Shown in pieces: positions 8,663-17,664 of a stretch of 64,000 nt of DNA (the stretch's first letter is position 1; every line of letters begins with the position of its first letter). Source of the DNA: a virus; the IMG/VR virus record IMGVR_UViG_3300045988_154277; one strand, given 5' to 3'. The notes beneath the pieces are model-generated. The model did no database searches. It was not told the DNA's origin and saw only the letters and a list, made by a program, of their open reading frames with translations. A program made the translations under genes and the position numbers.

Positions 8663-11109
8663 AGGACCTCCTGTTCTGGTATTTGGTTCAAGATACTCTT
8701 CACATCACCAAGAACCAACGCTTTACGAGGTGCGGTATCCACGCCCATCATGTCGTAGATACGATTCACATCCCCGATACTCGTGATCGTGGTGAATGTG
8801 CGTGTTGCAGGATCCAAACAGGTGTACTTCAACTGAGGACCACTGCATTCACCGAGACCTTTCAGACGGTGAACAGGATAGTGTTCGTCGAGTTTCTGGA
8901 GGATCCGATAGAGCTGCATGAACGTCATGGGTGCTCGTTCCATCTCCGTTGTTGTTTTGGTTGTCACCAGGAGATCGAACAACTCCCAATGAACCATCTC
9001 CAACTCAGGAAGGATGTAAGAACGGATCTCTTGAACCAAGTTCTGCATCGGAACACTGATCTCGATCCCTGCTACCGACAACAAGAGTGTCTTCGCTCCA
9101 GGATGATACGAACAATCATCCAGTTTCAGGATGTTCTTCACCATCTTGGTATCCAACTTGTACAAACTCAGATAGTCCACACAGTGAACCAACTGTTCCA
9201 GTACCATCGGATCGATCACCAACTTGTTCGCAGAACGGGTGATGATCCCACCGATCCTCTTGGTCAGGTAGATGAAATCCCGATACTGTTCTCCTTTCAG
9301 TTGACACAGATTCTTGGTCATCTGAGAGTAGAGTTCCAGATTGAAGAACTTCTCATAGATCTTGACACGGGCATCGTTCAGGGCTTTCTGGTCTCTCAAG
9401 AAGAGAGCTTTATCCCGACTTTCCATCACGTAGAGCGGAGGATTCGCCATGAACACACGTCCGCTTGCCAGGATCAAAGGATTGATCTTCAACAATGCAG
9501 TGATCACAAGGTCGTTGATGTGATAACCGTCAGGGTCAGCATCTGCCAGGATCCCGATCCTTGCGAACCGCAATCTGCTCAGATCTTGATCTCTCGGTCC
9601 AACCCCCAGGATCTTCACAAGATCTTGGTAGACTTTGTTCGCTCTAAGATCCTCCACATTAGCAGTGTGTGCATTGATCGGTTTGCCTTTCAACTTGAGT
9701 ACTGCTTGGAAGTGTTTGAACCTCTCCTGAACCACGAAGTCTCCTGCGCTGTTACCCTCAGTGATGAACAGTTCCGTGATGGTCGGATCCGTCACACGTG
9801 CAGGCACATAACAACCTTCATTGTTCATGTCGTAAGCAAGGTTCTTCGAGTTGGAACTCAAGTTCATACTCTTATTGCTGAACTGAGCGAACTTCTTCAC
9901 AAGATCATCGTGGATGATGTTGAACATCTGTTCCCACACCCCATCCTGGATCGTATCGAAGTATGCATTCAGCATCTGACCGTAGATCTTCTCGAAATCG
10001 AGATCCTTGAATCCATGCTTCGTCTGACCTTCGTATGTTGCTCCTTTGTAAAACGCTCTGATATATCCGTAGAACGGAATATTGTAGAAGCGTTCGAAGA
10101 ATGTCATGATCTCATCATCGTCCTGATCGAGATATGGAGTCAATCGTTCTCTGATCTTCTCAAAGAAGACACTGAGATGTGAAGACTCTTTATCTTTGAT
10201 CTGTGTATCATTCACAGTGGCGATATAACCATTCTGACGATCACAGTTCTTGACCAGATGAACACTGATGTCACAGGCAAGCAACTTTGGGGATGTCACC
10301 TCTTGTTTCACCTCGAGATTCCAGAGAGGTTGCTCTGTGATATTGAATTTACCACGAACGTAATCTTCAGCTGAGATCATCATAGGTGTTTCGTAGATCA
10401 ATGTACCATGCTGTTTCTGGAAGTAATTCCACATGTCTTCATATGGTTTCTTGAACCAACTGTCAGGAAGAAGTTTATCTACCTGATAGATGTGGAACTT
10501 GGTATTGGTCTTGAATGCTCCGATGTAATCCACCAACTCGAATAGACGTTGTACTCCTTCCGTTGGGAAGAATGTATGAGTGTATCTCAAGATCGTGTCA
10601 TCTGGTTGATGTACTACGATAGTACCAACGGTCTCGCGAATACTATCAATTGGCTTCATCACTTCAGACTTCACCACGTTTCCTCGGTTGAGAGTCAACC
10701 CAGCGAAACCATCCAGTCTCTTTGTGATGGCCACAAACCGTTCTGAGATGGCGTTACTTGAAACAGCACCGACACCGAACTGTCCGATACTGTATTTATA
10801 AGCAGCACTATCTGCTTTGCCAGTTGAAAACGGTATCGTGAAAACATTCCGTAACTTCTCACAAGGGATACCTCTGCCGTGATCCAGTACAGCAATCTGG
10901 TAGGTAGTATCTCCCTTGAACAATATCACGTTGATGTGATAGATCCGATTTGGGTCGATGCTCTCGTCAACCGAGTTATCGATATACTCTTTTACGCACT
11001 GTATGTTAGCGTTTAGATTCGTCTTACCCATGAGCATACCCGCATTTCTACGGGTATGCTCCATGAAGGTGAATTCTCTAATGTCACTCGATGTGTAACT
11101 GTCCGTCAT
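8659..11109 (-). CDS. type II DNA topoisomerase ATPase/TOPRIM subunit (GyrB-like), translated from an internal start
   Basis: GHKL ATPase signature (EYIDNSVDE ... VLDHGRGIP), TOPRIM motif (TEGNSAGD) and the GyrB C-terminal motif (HRLKGLGE). Internal ATG at 11109 (MTDSYTSSDIREF) is preceded by GGAGGA with a 7-nt spacer. Confidence 0.8.
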   Translation of the reverse strand: MTDSYTSSDIREFTFMEHTRRNAGMLMGKTNLNANIQCVKEYIDNSVDESIDPNRIYHINVILFKGDTTYQIAVLDHGRGIPCEKLRNVFTIPFSTGKADSAAYKYSIGQFGVGAVSSNAISERFVAITKRLDGFAGLTLNRGNVVKSEVMKPIDSIRETVGTIVVHQPDDTILRYTHTFFPTEGVQRLFELVDYIGAFKTNTKFHIYQVDKLLPDSWFKKPYEDMWNYFQKQHGTLIYETPMMISAEDYVRGKFNITEQPLWNLEVKQEVTSPKLLACDISVHLVKNCDRQNGYIATVNDTQIKDKESSHLSVFFEKIRERLTPYLDQDDDEIMTFFERFYNIPFYGYIRAFYKGATYEGQTKHGFKDLDFEKIYGQMLNAYFDTIQDGVWEQMFNIIHDDLVKKFAQFSNKSMNLSSNSKNLAYDMNNEGCYVPARVTDPTITELFITEGNSAGDFVVQERFKHFQAVLKLKGKPINAHTANVEDLRANKVYQDLVKILGVGPRDQDLSRLRFARIGILADADPDGYHINDLVITALLKINPLILASGRVFMANPPLYVMESRDKALFLRDQKALNDARVKIYEKFFNLELYSQMTKNLCQLKGEQYRDFIYLTKRIGGIITRSANKLVIDPMVLEQLVHCVDYLSLYKLDTKMVKNILKLDDCSYHPGAKTLLLSVAGIEISVPMQNLVQEIRSYILPELEMVHWELFDLLVTTKTTTEMERAPMTFMQLYRILQKLDEHYPVHRLKGLGECSGPQLKYTCLDPATRTFTTITSIGDVNRIYDMMGVDTAPRKALVLGDVKSILNQIPEQEVL

Positions 11110-12264
11110 TTGTGATTCCTCCATAGTCGTACATGATAGCGATTGTACGTCGTTTTTAACTCGGTCAATATCTGGTAAATTCTCTATACCAAACATAACC
11201 ATAAGCTCATCTGTGGTGTACTTGTGTGTTGCGATTTTTGCACGTAGATCTTGTAGTTCTTCCTTGGTAAGAGGAGTTCTATTGTTTCTATCTGCAGCAT
11301 CATGTGCAGCTTTTAATGTCTTTGCACTCTCTCCCTTTCGGTACGGTACTTCATCTGTAGTGATGCATCGATAAATCATAGCTTCCGATTTATGCATCTT
11401 AGCGCTTAGTGTATTATACGTCCATCCGAGTTTATACATATCTCTTATGTAATAAACCTCGTCTTTGGAAAGAACATCACGTATTTTAACAGTCTTCCTA
11501 GTGCCCCGGACGTTCCTTACAGGATCACCCGGATCTAACGGATAAGTGATCCCATCCAATGCATTCGAAATGGTGTGTCGATCTACATTAAAGTACTCTG
11601 CTAGTTTCCAAATCTTCCACTTCTCCTTCCCATACAGTCGACGGATCTCTTTTACTTGATCACGATTTAACTTGCTATGATTTGAATTATAGTGTTTATC
11701 ACGATAACGATCAATATCAATAGCTTTATCAGATGTTGTCCGATAGTACGTCTCATTTACAGCAGTTGATATCAACGAACCCTGTACATTGAATTCTTCT
11801 GCAAGATCTTTAATGTGTTCTCCGGACAACACACGAATTTTAAGTTCAGTAACTTGATCGTTTGTTAACTTCGCCTGTGGGTGGGCTTCACCAGACAGCA
11901 TCAGACCCATACGGACAGCGTGATGTTTGTTCTCACTAGATGATACCCATTCCAGATTGGACACATCGTTGTTTTGAGGATTTCCATCAATGTGATTTAC
12001 TTCTCTAAGATTGGCAGGATTTGGAAGAAAAGTCCATGCAACCAAGCGATGTGGGCTTGTTAGGTGACGTGACCCATCTCGTTTCACAAACACACATTTC
12101 AAACGATTATGTTTGTCTGTAAAGTATTTGAGATCCGGTATAACAAACCCTCGTTTTTTAACATACTCAGGAGAATTAGCACCTGGTTTAATACGAACAT
12201 GACCGGTTGTACTAGCTTCATAAATTCCTTCATACCCTTTTACATCTTTCCAGTATTCATTCAT
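8659..12264 (-). CDS. continuous ORF in which an HNH homing endonuclease is fused in frame to the topoisomerase subunit
   Basis: No stop codon between the HNH module and the topoisomerase. Likely start is the ATG at 12264 (MNEYWKDVKGYEGIYEAS), with GGAG 9 nt upstream. The ORF-track GTG start at 12321 overlaps the promoter-like motif. Confidence 0.6.
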   Translation of the reverse strand: MNEYWKDVKGYEGIYEASTTGHVRIKPGANSPEYVKKRGFVIPDLKYFTDKHNRLKCVFVKRDGSRHLTSPHRLVAWTFLPNPANLREVNHIDGNPQNNDVSNLEWVSSSENKHHAVRMGLMLSGEAHPQAKLTNDQVTELKIRVLSGEHIKDLAEEFNVQGSLISTAVNETYYRTTSDKAIDIDRYRDKHYNSNHSKLNRDQVKEIRRLYGKEKWKIWKLAEYFNVDRHTISNALDGITYPLDPGDPVRNVRGTRKTVKIRDVLSKDEVYYIRDMYKLGWTYNTLSAKMHKSEAMIYRCITTDEVPYRKGESAKTLKAAHDAADRNNRTPLTKEELQDLRAKIATHKYTTDELMVMFGIENLPDIDRVKNDVQSLSCTTMEESQMTDSYTSSDIREFTFMEHTRRNAGMLMGKTNLNANIQCVKEYIDNSVDESIDPNRIYHINVILFKGDTTYQIAVLDHGRGIPCEKLRNVFTIPFSTGKADSAAYKYSIGQFGVGAVSSNAISERFVAITKRLDGFAGLTLNRGNVVKSEVMKPIDSIRETVGTIVVHQPDDTILRYTHTFFPTEGVQRLFELVDYIGAFKTNTKFHIYQVDKLLPDSWFKKPYEDMWNYFQKQHGTLIYETPMMISAEDYVRGKFNITEQPLWNLEVKQEVTSPKLLACDISVHLVKNCDRQNGYIATVNDTQIKDKESSHLSVFFEKIRERLTPYLDQDDDEIMTFFERFYNIPFYGYIRAFYKGATYEGQTKHGFKDLDFEKIYGQMLNAYFDTIQDGVWEQMFNIIHDDLVKKFAQFSNKSMNLSSNSKNLAYDMNNEGCYVPARVTDPTITELFITEGNSAGDFVVQERFKHFQAVLKLKGKPINAHTANVEDLRANKVYQDLVKILGVGPRDQDLSRLRFARIGILADADPDGYHINDLVITALLKINPLILASGRVFMANPPLYVMESRDKALFLRDQKALNDARVKIYEKFFNLELYSQMTKNLCQLKGEQYRDFIYLTKRIGGIITRSANKLVIDPMVLEQLVHCVDYLSLYKLDTKMVKNILKLDDCSYHPGAKTLLLSVAGIEISVPMQNLVQEIRSYILPELEMVHWELFDLLVTTKTTTEMERAPMTFMQLYRILQKLDEHYPVHRLKGLGECSGPQLKYTCLDPATRTFTTITSIGDVNRIYDMMGVDTAPRKALVLGDVKSILNQIPEQEVL
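11110..12264 (-). mobile_element. HNH homing endonuclease module (NUMOD4 + HNH_3 + repeated HTH motifs)
   Basis: GYEGIYEASTTGHV (NUMOD4-like), NHIDGNPQNNDVSNLEWVSSSENKHHA (HNH), then repeated NUMOD1/IENR1-like helix-turn-helix segments. Confidence 0.7.
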
Positions 12265-12294
12265 AATAACAACTCCAGTTAATAGTGTTTTCTT

Positions 12295-12314
12295 AGAGTT
12301 ATATATACGTGAAG
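12295..12314 (-). promoter_or_regulatory. early-promoter-like motif (minus strand reads cacgTATATATAActct), 30-50 nt upstream of the HNH-topoisomerase start
   Basis: Member of the conserved motif family agtWatatataYNtSaaa, found only in this orientation. Confidence 0.5.
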
Positions 12315-12334
12315 TTACCACGAAACAAAAAGAG

Positions 12335-12367
12335 AAGGTATGGTGGATTTTGTATCCACCATACCTT
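12335..12367 (-). terminator. terminator-like hairpin between the two HNH genes
   Basis: 14-bp stem aaggtatggtggat / atccaccatacctt. The minus strand is followed by CTCTTTTTGTTTCG. Confidence 0.55.
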
Positions 12368-12372
12368 GTGTG

Positions 12373-13398
12373 TTAGAACGTTCTACTTCCGTATTCGATC
12401 ACATTCCATTTCTTCATAAGTTCTCTCAACGAGTACTTATTCGATGCGATATCCTCCCTTAACAGCATCAGTTCTTCTTTCGTGAATGGGACTCTATTAC
12501 GAGTCAATTGACTATTATGTTCTTCGATCAATTTGCGAACAGAATCACCATTCGAAAATGGAACCTCATCCGTAAATAACGCACGTTGCAACACACTGTA
12601 GTTACCAATATCAACCCAATGTATGATGCTTGATATACGTGCACCTCTACGATACGCATCCCGTATCTTAATAACTGTATCTTCAGACACAAGCTTAGTT
12701 AACGGGATGTGTGCGTTAGGAGATTTCAAGAATCGAATCGGTGTATCCGGTGTGATATCGTACGTTATACCACCAAGAAGATGTGACACTGTAGGAGCAT
12801 TCACATTCATTAGAGTAGATATAGCCGTTACACTATACCCGTGATCGAAGTAAAGAGATCTGATTCTACGTACATCTTCGTTTGTGAAAATGGAGCTTTG
12901 GTGATCTACTCCTGATTGTTTCACATGCAGTTTGGTACCCTCTTTACCCTCAAAACATGCACGCTGTTTCAATATGATCCCATTCACACCACTCAGACCG
13001 ATATTGAACTCTTCAGCAAGAGACTTCATCGATTCTCCTTTATGATAGCGTAAATAGATCTCGATGTCTTTAGAGCGACTGACCATTGTCATACCAGAAT
13101 CAGAAGGATCGTTAGACCAACTGAGATTGGATAACTGACAATTACTGTGATCGTAATCCTTATATCGGACATACAAACCATCACTACCAACAAAGTGACG
13201 TAGCACCAATCTCGATACGGGAGCGGTCTTCCATTCACCTTTGTCATTAACCATGTTCACAAACATGGACAAGCAGTTGTGATTCTTATGCTGCGGTAAA
13301 ATGCGATCTCCCTTTTTACGATGTCTCCTAACACGTCCGAGATTAGACACCTCGTACTTCGAGAATCCTTCTATAGACACCCAACGTTCTTCTTCCAT
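12373..13398 (-). mobile_element. free-standing HNH homing endonuclease, paralogous to the module fused to the topoisomerase
   Basis: GFSKYEVSNLGRVRR (NUMOD4), YKDYDHSNCQLSNLSW (HNH_3-like), and C-terminal HTH repeats matching the fused copy (FTKEELMLLREDIASNKYSLRELM vs TKEELQDLRAKIATHKYTTDELM). RBS is AGGAGG. Confidence 0.75.
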
Positions 13399-13440
13399 GA
13401 TACTATCCTCCTAAGTTAAGTTCTATTCACGTATCATTAC

Positions 13441-13475
13441 AGAGTAATATATACTTCAAATAGGCTTCATTTACA
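13441..13475 (-). promoter_or_regulatory. early-promoter-like motif (minus strand reads TATATATTAC), 45 nt upstream of the HNH endonuclease start
   Basis: agagtaatatatacttcaaataggcttcatttaca. The extended flank is shared with the copies at 48066 and 31298. Confidence 0.5.
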
Positions 13476-13677
13476 GTAAGACGGACCTATCTGGTTGGTT
13501 ATCCCAACCAGATAGGTCACATACAGGAGAGAGTGTGAACGACTAGGAACATCAACCCAAGAACCATTCCTAAAGCTCCCTAAACCAAAAGAAAGGATGG
13601 TGTATCGCTACACCTGTTTCTAGGTCGTTTCACATAGGATGTGCACCGTAGAGCAGAACCCCCTGAAACACAGGGAT

Positions 13678-13685
13678 ATGCTATG
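13678..13685 (+). promoter_or_regulatory. ATGCTATG motif (late-promoter-like), 56 nt upstream of the ATG at 13742
   Basis: The same octamer lies upstream of three other gene starts in the appropriate orientation. Confidence 0.35.
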
Positions 13686-13741
13686 ACAGATCCCTGCTGT
13701 AGCAAGGACAAATTACGGTGAAATCAACTAGGAGATTTAAT

Positions 13742-14197
13742 ATGGCTGAAGAAGTACAATCGTCTCCGATCGATATGTTGTTCCAGGAGTTCAATCAAGC
13801 AACCCGTGAAACGGATCAGATCCGTGATCAGATCATACAACAACTTGTGAACTCGGTGCCATCGATCAATTATGACAAAGACAGCGCACGCGACATCGAA
13901 GTGAAGATGGGTGTGATCAAAACACTTGATGATATCCTGAAGTCGAAGGAGTCATCTAAAGCGAACAAGATCACAACCTATTTGAAACGGAAGGATACTG
14001 AGAATACCGAGAACTATCAGGAAGCTGTTCTGGCAGTGCTTAGTAACTTGGATCCCGAACAGTTTCGCAAAGGTTCTGTTGCCCTTCAGAATAACGTGGA
14101 TGATCAACTTGAACATCAGTTCGAAGCGTCAGGACAATCACCGATCAAACCAGGTGAAACTGAGATCGACACTCCGATGTCAGTGGAAGAAGCATAA
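13742..14197 (+). CDS. hypothetical acidic protein
   Basis: ATG at 13742 with AGGAGA 6 nt upstream (the ORF-track GTG start is at 13718). Ends at the bidirectional hairpin 14205..14240. Confidence 0.5.
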   Translation: MAEEVQSSPIDMLFQEFNQATRETDQIRDQIIQQLVNSVPSINYDKDSARDIEVKMGVIKTLDDILKSKESSKANKITTYLKRKDTENTENYQEAVLAVLSNLDPEQFRKGSVALQNNVDDQLEHQFEASGQSPIKPGETEIDTPMSVEEA

Positions 14198-14204
14198 GTA
14201 AGTT

Positions 14205-14240
14205 AACATCAGGATGGGATGTTACTCCCATCCTGATGTT
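14205..14240. terminator. bidirectional intrinsic-terminator-like hairpin between convergent genes
   Basis: Perfect 15-bp stem: aacatcaggatggga / tcccatcctgatgtt, 6-nt loop. Confidence 0.6.
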
Positions 14241-14251
14241 ATTTCGTATGC

Positions 14252-14938
14252 TTAGCCGCGATTCTGCAACTTGGCTTGGATCCAATTGCAGAACTTGTCG
14301 TTCTTCAGGGCAAGCCGGATCGCACGGATGCTGAGACCGAACGGTTTGCGTTCCGTCTTGTGGCGGATCATCGCGTAGAAGACAGCGAAGAATGCCGAGA
14401 TACGAGACTTCTTCTGCAGGTCGGTGATCTTGTGGATCCCGGCGAGAGCCAGGTTCCGATGGATCAGACCGTTCTTCTCCTTTAGGAAGAAATCATAGAA
14501 CCGGTTGAACACTGCATAGCTGTCCGAAGCGAGGACGTATTCAGCGATGGTGTAGAACGATTCCACGAAGCGAGCACGTGTGGACTCAGACGGGTTCTTC
14601 GTCTGGACGAGGTCCTGATACTTCTTCAGGAGAGCATCCAGTTTGGCAACCTTGGCATCCGGAGTCTTGTTGTTCACAGGAGCAACCGTCTTCTGCTGAA
14701 CGGTTGTATTCACAACCGTAGCTGGGGTTTCAGCAACAGCAGCTTTGGGAACTTCTTCCTGTTTGACGACCGTCTCTTCTTTCACCTCTTCCACAGGTTT
14801 CTGTTCTTCCTGCTTCTGGGGTTCTTCCGCAGCGACGTCTTTCTTCTCTTCCAGGACCTCTTCGGTCTTCGGTTCCTGAGCTTTGTTCAGCACATCCATT
14901 GGGCTGACTTGAGGATTGTAACGATTTTTGTTCGACAT
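14252..14938 (-). CDS. hypothetical protein with an E/K/P/V-rich disordered N-terminus and a globular C-terminal domain
   Basis: 228-aa ORF immediately downstream of the beta-prime-like gene. Confidence 0.45.
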   Translation of the reverse strand: MSNKNRYNPQVSPMDVLNKAQEPKTEEVLEEKKDVAAEEPQKQEEQKPVEEVKEETVVKQEEVPKAAVAETPATVVNTTVQQKTVAPVNNKTPDAKVAKLDALLKKYQDLVQTKNPSESTRARFVESFYTIAEYVLASDSYAVFNRFYDFFLKEKNGLIHRNLALAGIHKITDLQKKSRISAFFAVFYAMIRHKTERKPFGLSIRAIRLALKNDKFCNWIQAKLQNRG

Positions 14939-14953
14939 GATGTTTCCTTATGG

Positions 14954-16606
14954 TTAGTTCAAAACGAACTTGTTGAGATCATCGATCTGATAAGTTGAGA
15001 TCTTCGTACCATGCATGCTCTTCAGAGCATCCGTGGTGAAGGTCGATGTGATATCCACTGCATCCAATGCAAGATGCTTCGCATTCTTCTTCGCATAGAT
15101 GTCGCCCATGCACATGTAACAGAGTCCATGTTGGGCTTGACAATACATCGGAGAACGCACCAAACATGTCTTACCGACGAACTTCTCCATGTTCTGTTCT
15201 GTAAGAAGAACCCAGTTCGAACCATCTTGGATATAGGAACCAAGATAACGTCCGATCTTGTACTTCGAGAAATCCACAGTAAGTCCACGTGTGGTGTGAC
15301 AGTCCTGTTCTGATACGGTAAGGTCCTGAAGAACACGGGTGATGCCTTTGGTTAGTGCACCGCCGAGTTTCGTCTGGTCACCACGGTTGAACGAACCTTT
15401 ACGGGTCTCGTTCGCCATAGCAGGCATCGTCTCTGCGGTCATCCCTTCGGACAGAGAGTTCGGAATAAACACGAAGTTCCCAGTTGTCTTGGAGAACTCT
15501 TCCACACCACCGACCGTCAGATACATCTTCTTACGGGAGATGTTGAAGGGTTTGTCACCGAGCGGCCCATAGAATCGCATCACTTCATCATCTTTGAGAT
15601 AGTTCTTATCCATCGCGATCAAGGTATTCTCGATCTCCATGATGACGTTCGGATCGTTCAACTTATCCTTGTACTTCTCCATCAACTCTTGTTTCACTTT
15701 CCTCACATTCGGATCTGTGGTAAGTGATTTACGAGTATAAGTCGGTACACAGAGTTCAGTGAAGTGTCCGATGAAGTAGAGATCGTTCACATATTGCTTA
15801 TATGCGGATACCGGGATAGAACCGTCCAACATACCTTTGGCAACGATCGTATCGATATAACCGAGATCAAATACGGAGTTCTGATAAGAGATCTTGTCTT
15901 GGAATGGATGAACCAGAAGAAGGTAGTTCAATAAGAACCGACCTACGGTGGTAATCATCTCTTCCTTGCAGTTGATGATCTCACCGGGATTCAGTTGGAA
16001 CGTATCGATCTCACCGAATGCTCTCTGGATCCCGTTGTCCAGGTAGTTCAATGTGAACGAATATGTCTCCTGATCGATATCCGAGACATACACCAGACAG
16101 GACTGACTGCTACCCACAACGGATGCCAAGAACACATCTCCTTCTTGCAAAACACATTTCTGGAAGTGTGTTGCGTTGTAATTCGCAGAGGTGTAGTAAT
16201 CGAAGAGCTCTTGGTTCGTCTTGTTGTAGAGGTCTTTGCTGAACTGATCTGCTTCTTCTTTCTTCTCTGGAGAGAGAGCAAGGTAGTTCCTATACTGGAA
16301 CAGAAGATGGAAAAGACTATCGTTGAACGGATACACCAGTGCGATTTGTCGCATCGCGATCTGTTTCAAAACTTCATCGTCTGTGATATCTTGCTCTTGC
16401 AGAGGAATATACACCGCATCTTCCGGAGGTGTCTTCAATGTAACACGAACAGAATGACGTTCCGGTGTGATCGCTTCGCTCTCATACAGAGGGAAAACAG
16501 GACGTCCACCAACCTGTGTCATGATGTCGATCAAAAATGCACGTTCTAACAGACGTCTCTGGTACTTGATCAAAAACTCTTTCTTATGGATCGGAAGTTC
16601 CATCAC
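14954..16606 (-). CDS. multisubunit RNA polymerase beta-prime subunit fragment (catalytic loop region to the second zinc-binding motif)
   Basis: [42 protein letters not shown] aligns with the E. coli beta-prime bridge helix ([38 protein letters not shown]). [20 protein letters not shown] aligns with [50 protein letters not shown] aligns with [26 protein letters not shown]. Confidence 0.75.
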   Translation of the reverse strand: [550 protein letters not shown]

Positions 16607-17634
16607 TTAGTCCCTCCCAATAATGCTGTCCAAGGAACCTGACGATACAAGTCCCACATGAACCGATAGGTCTGCTCTGAAGCGATCCCTTGATACCGTT
16701 CCAGCTCCTTCTTCATCTTGGCTTCTGGAAGTTCGTCCAGGATCAGAGAGATTACGATCATCACAGCGACTTCATTCGCCAACTCAACCAACTGGTTTAT
16801 CTTCTTCAGATGTTCCCAATGCTCGATGTGATGATCATCTTTCAAATGATGTTGTTGAAGGAACCCAGGTTCTCCGATCTTCTCCTTCTCTTCATGGGAC
16901 AGTGAGTTCCATTTAGCGAAAAGAAGAACGGTATCCGGATGGAGCTTCTCTTTATCATACTGTTTGACAAGACGCATCAGTTTCGTTTTGTTCAACAGTC
17001 CTGTAAATCGATCCAAGATGTAGTTGACATATGCGGTAACCTTCTGTTCCCGTTCGGTCATTACCATCAAGAATTGTTTCACCATCGCAAGCTCATCCTC
17101 TTGGATCGGGATGGGATTCGGATCAGTGTTCATCTCCATCCTCAACTGGATGTTGACGAGATGCGATACCAGAGCATCCGTGCTGTACCAGTATTCGGTA
17201 CCACGATTGATGTACTCCCAAGCGATATCCGTTGGGAAGAGATCGTTGAAGTAAGCCGCGATCTCAAAAAGATAATCCTCAGGAAGATCGATGTTCTCGA
17301 TCATCGCATTGTACTCGGACAACTGTTGTTCATCGAAACTCTTCAGTACTCGATAGTAGTTGTCGAAGTCAAATTTGTGTGCGAGATAGAACATCGTTTC
17401 CAAATCGATAGAGGATTCCAACAACTCTTCTACTGAGAAGTTGGAGTGGATGCCGATCTCTTCCAGGAGATCGAGAACCAGAGTGATCGCTGTATTAAGA
17501 AGATACTGAGGAGTGATCTCCTCAACGTTCTCAACTTCAGCGATGTACCTCTGTTCTTCAAAATAATCGTTGATCCCAGGTGACACGGCACGGCACCTGA
17601 AGATCAACTGTTCAATATAAGGATCGGGTTGCAT
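16603..17634 (-). CDS. hypothetical protein, translationally coupled upstream of the beta-prime fragment
   Basis: 343-aa acidic ORF whose stop overlaps the start of the beta-prime gene. No RNAP motif recognised. Confidence 0.45.
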   Translation of the reverse strand: MQPDPYIEQLIFRCRAVSPGINDYFEEQRYIAEVENVEEITPQYLLNTAITLVLDLLEEIGIHSNFSVEELLESSIDLETMFYLAHKFDFDNYYRVLKSFDEQQLSEYNAMIENIDLPEDYLFEIAAYFNDLFPTDIAWEYINRGTEYWYSTDALVSHLVNIQLRMEMNTDPNPIPIQEDELAMVKQFLMVMTEREQKVTAYVNYILDRFTGLLNKTKLMRLVKQYDKEKLHPDTVLLFAKWNSLSHEEKEKIGEPGFLQQHHLKDDHHIEHWEHLKKINQLVELANEVAVMIVISLILDELPEAKMKKELERYQGIASEQTYRFMWDLYRQVPWTALLGGTK

Positions 17635-17664
17635 CGTTGTCTCCTATTTTGGCATAGGATGTGC

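Noticed and set aside
16603-17634. The coupled upstream ORF as the N-terminal beta-prime fragment
   Set aside because: No NADFDGD, zinc-finger or switch motifs. It is acidic and helical, so it is left as hypothetical.
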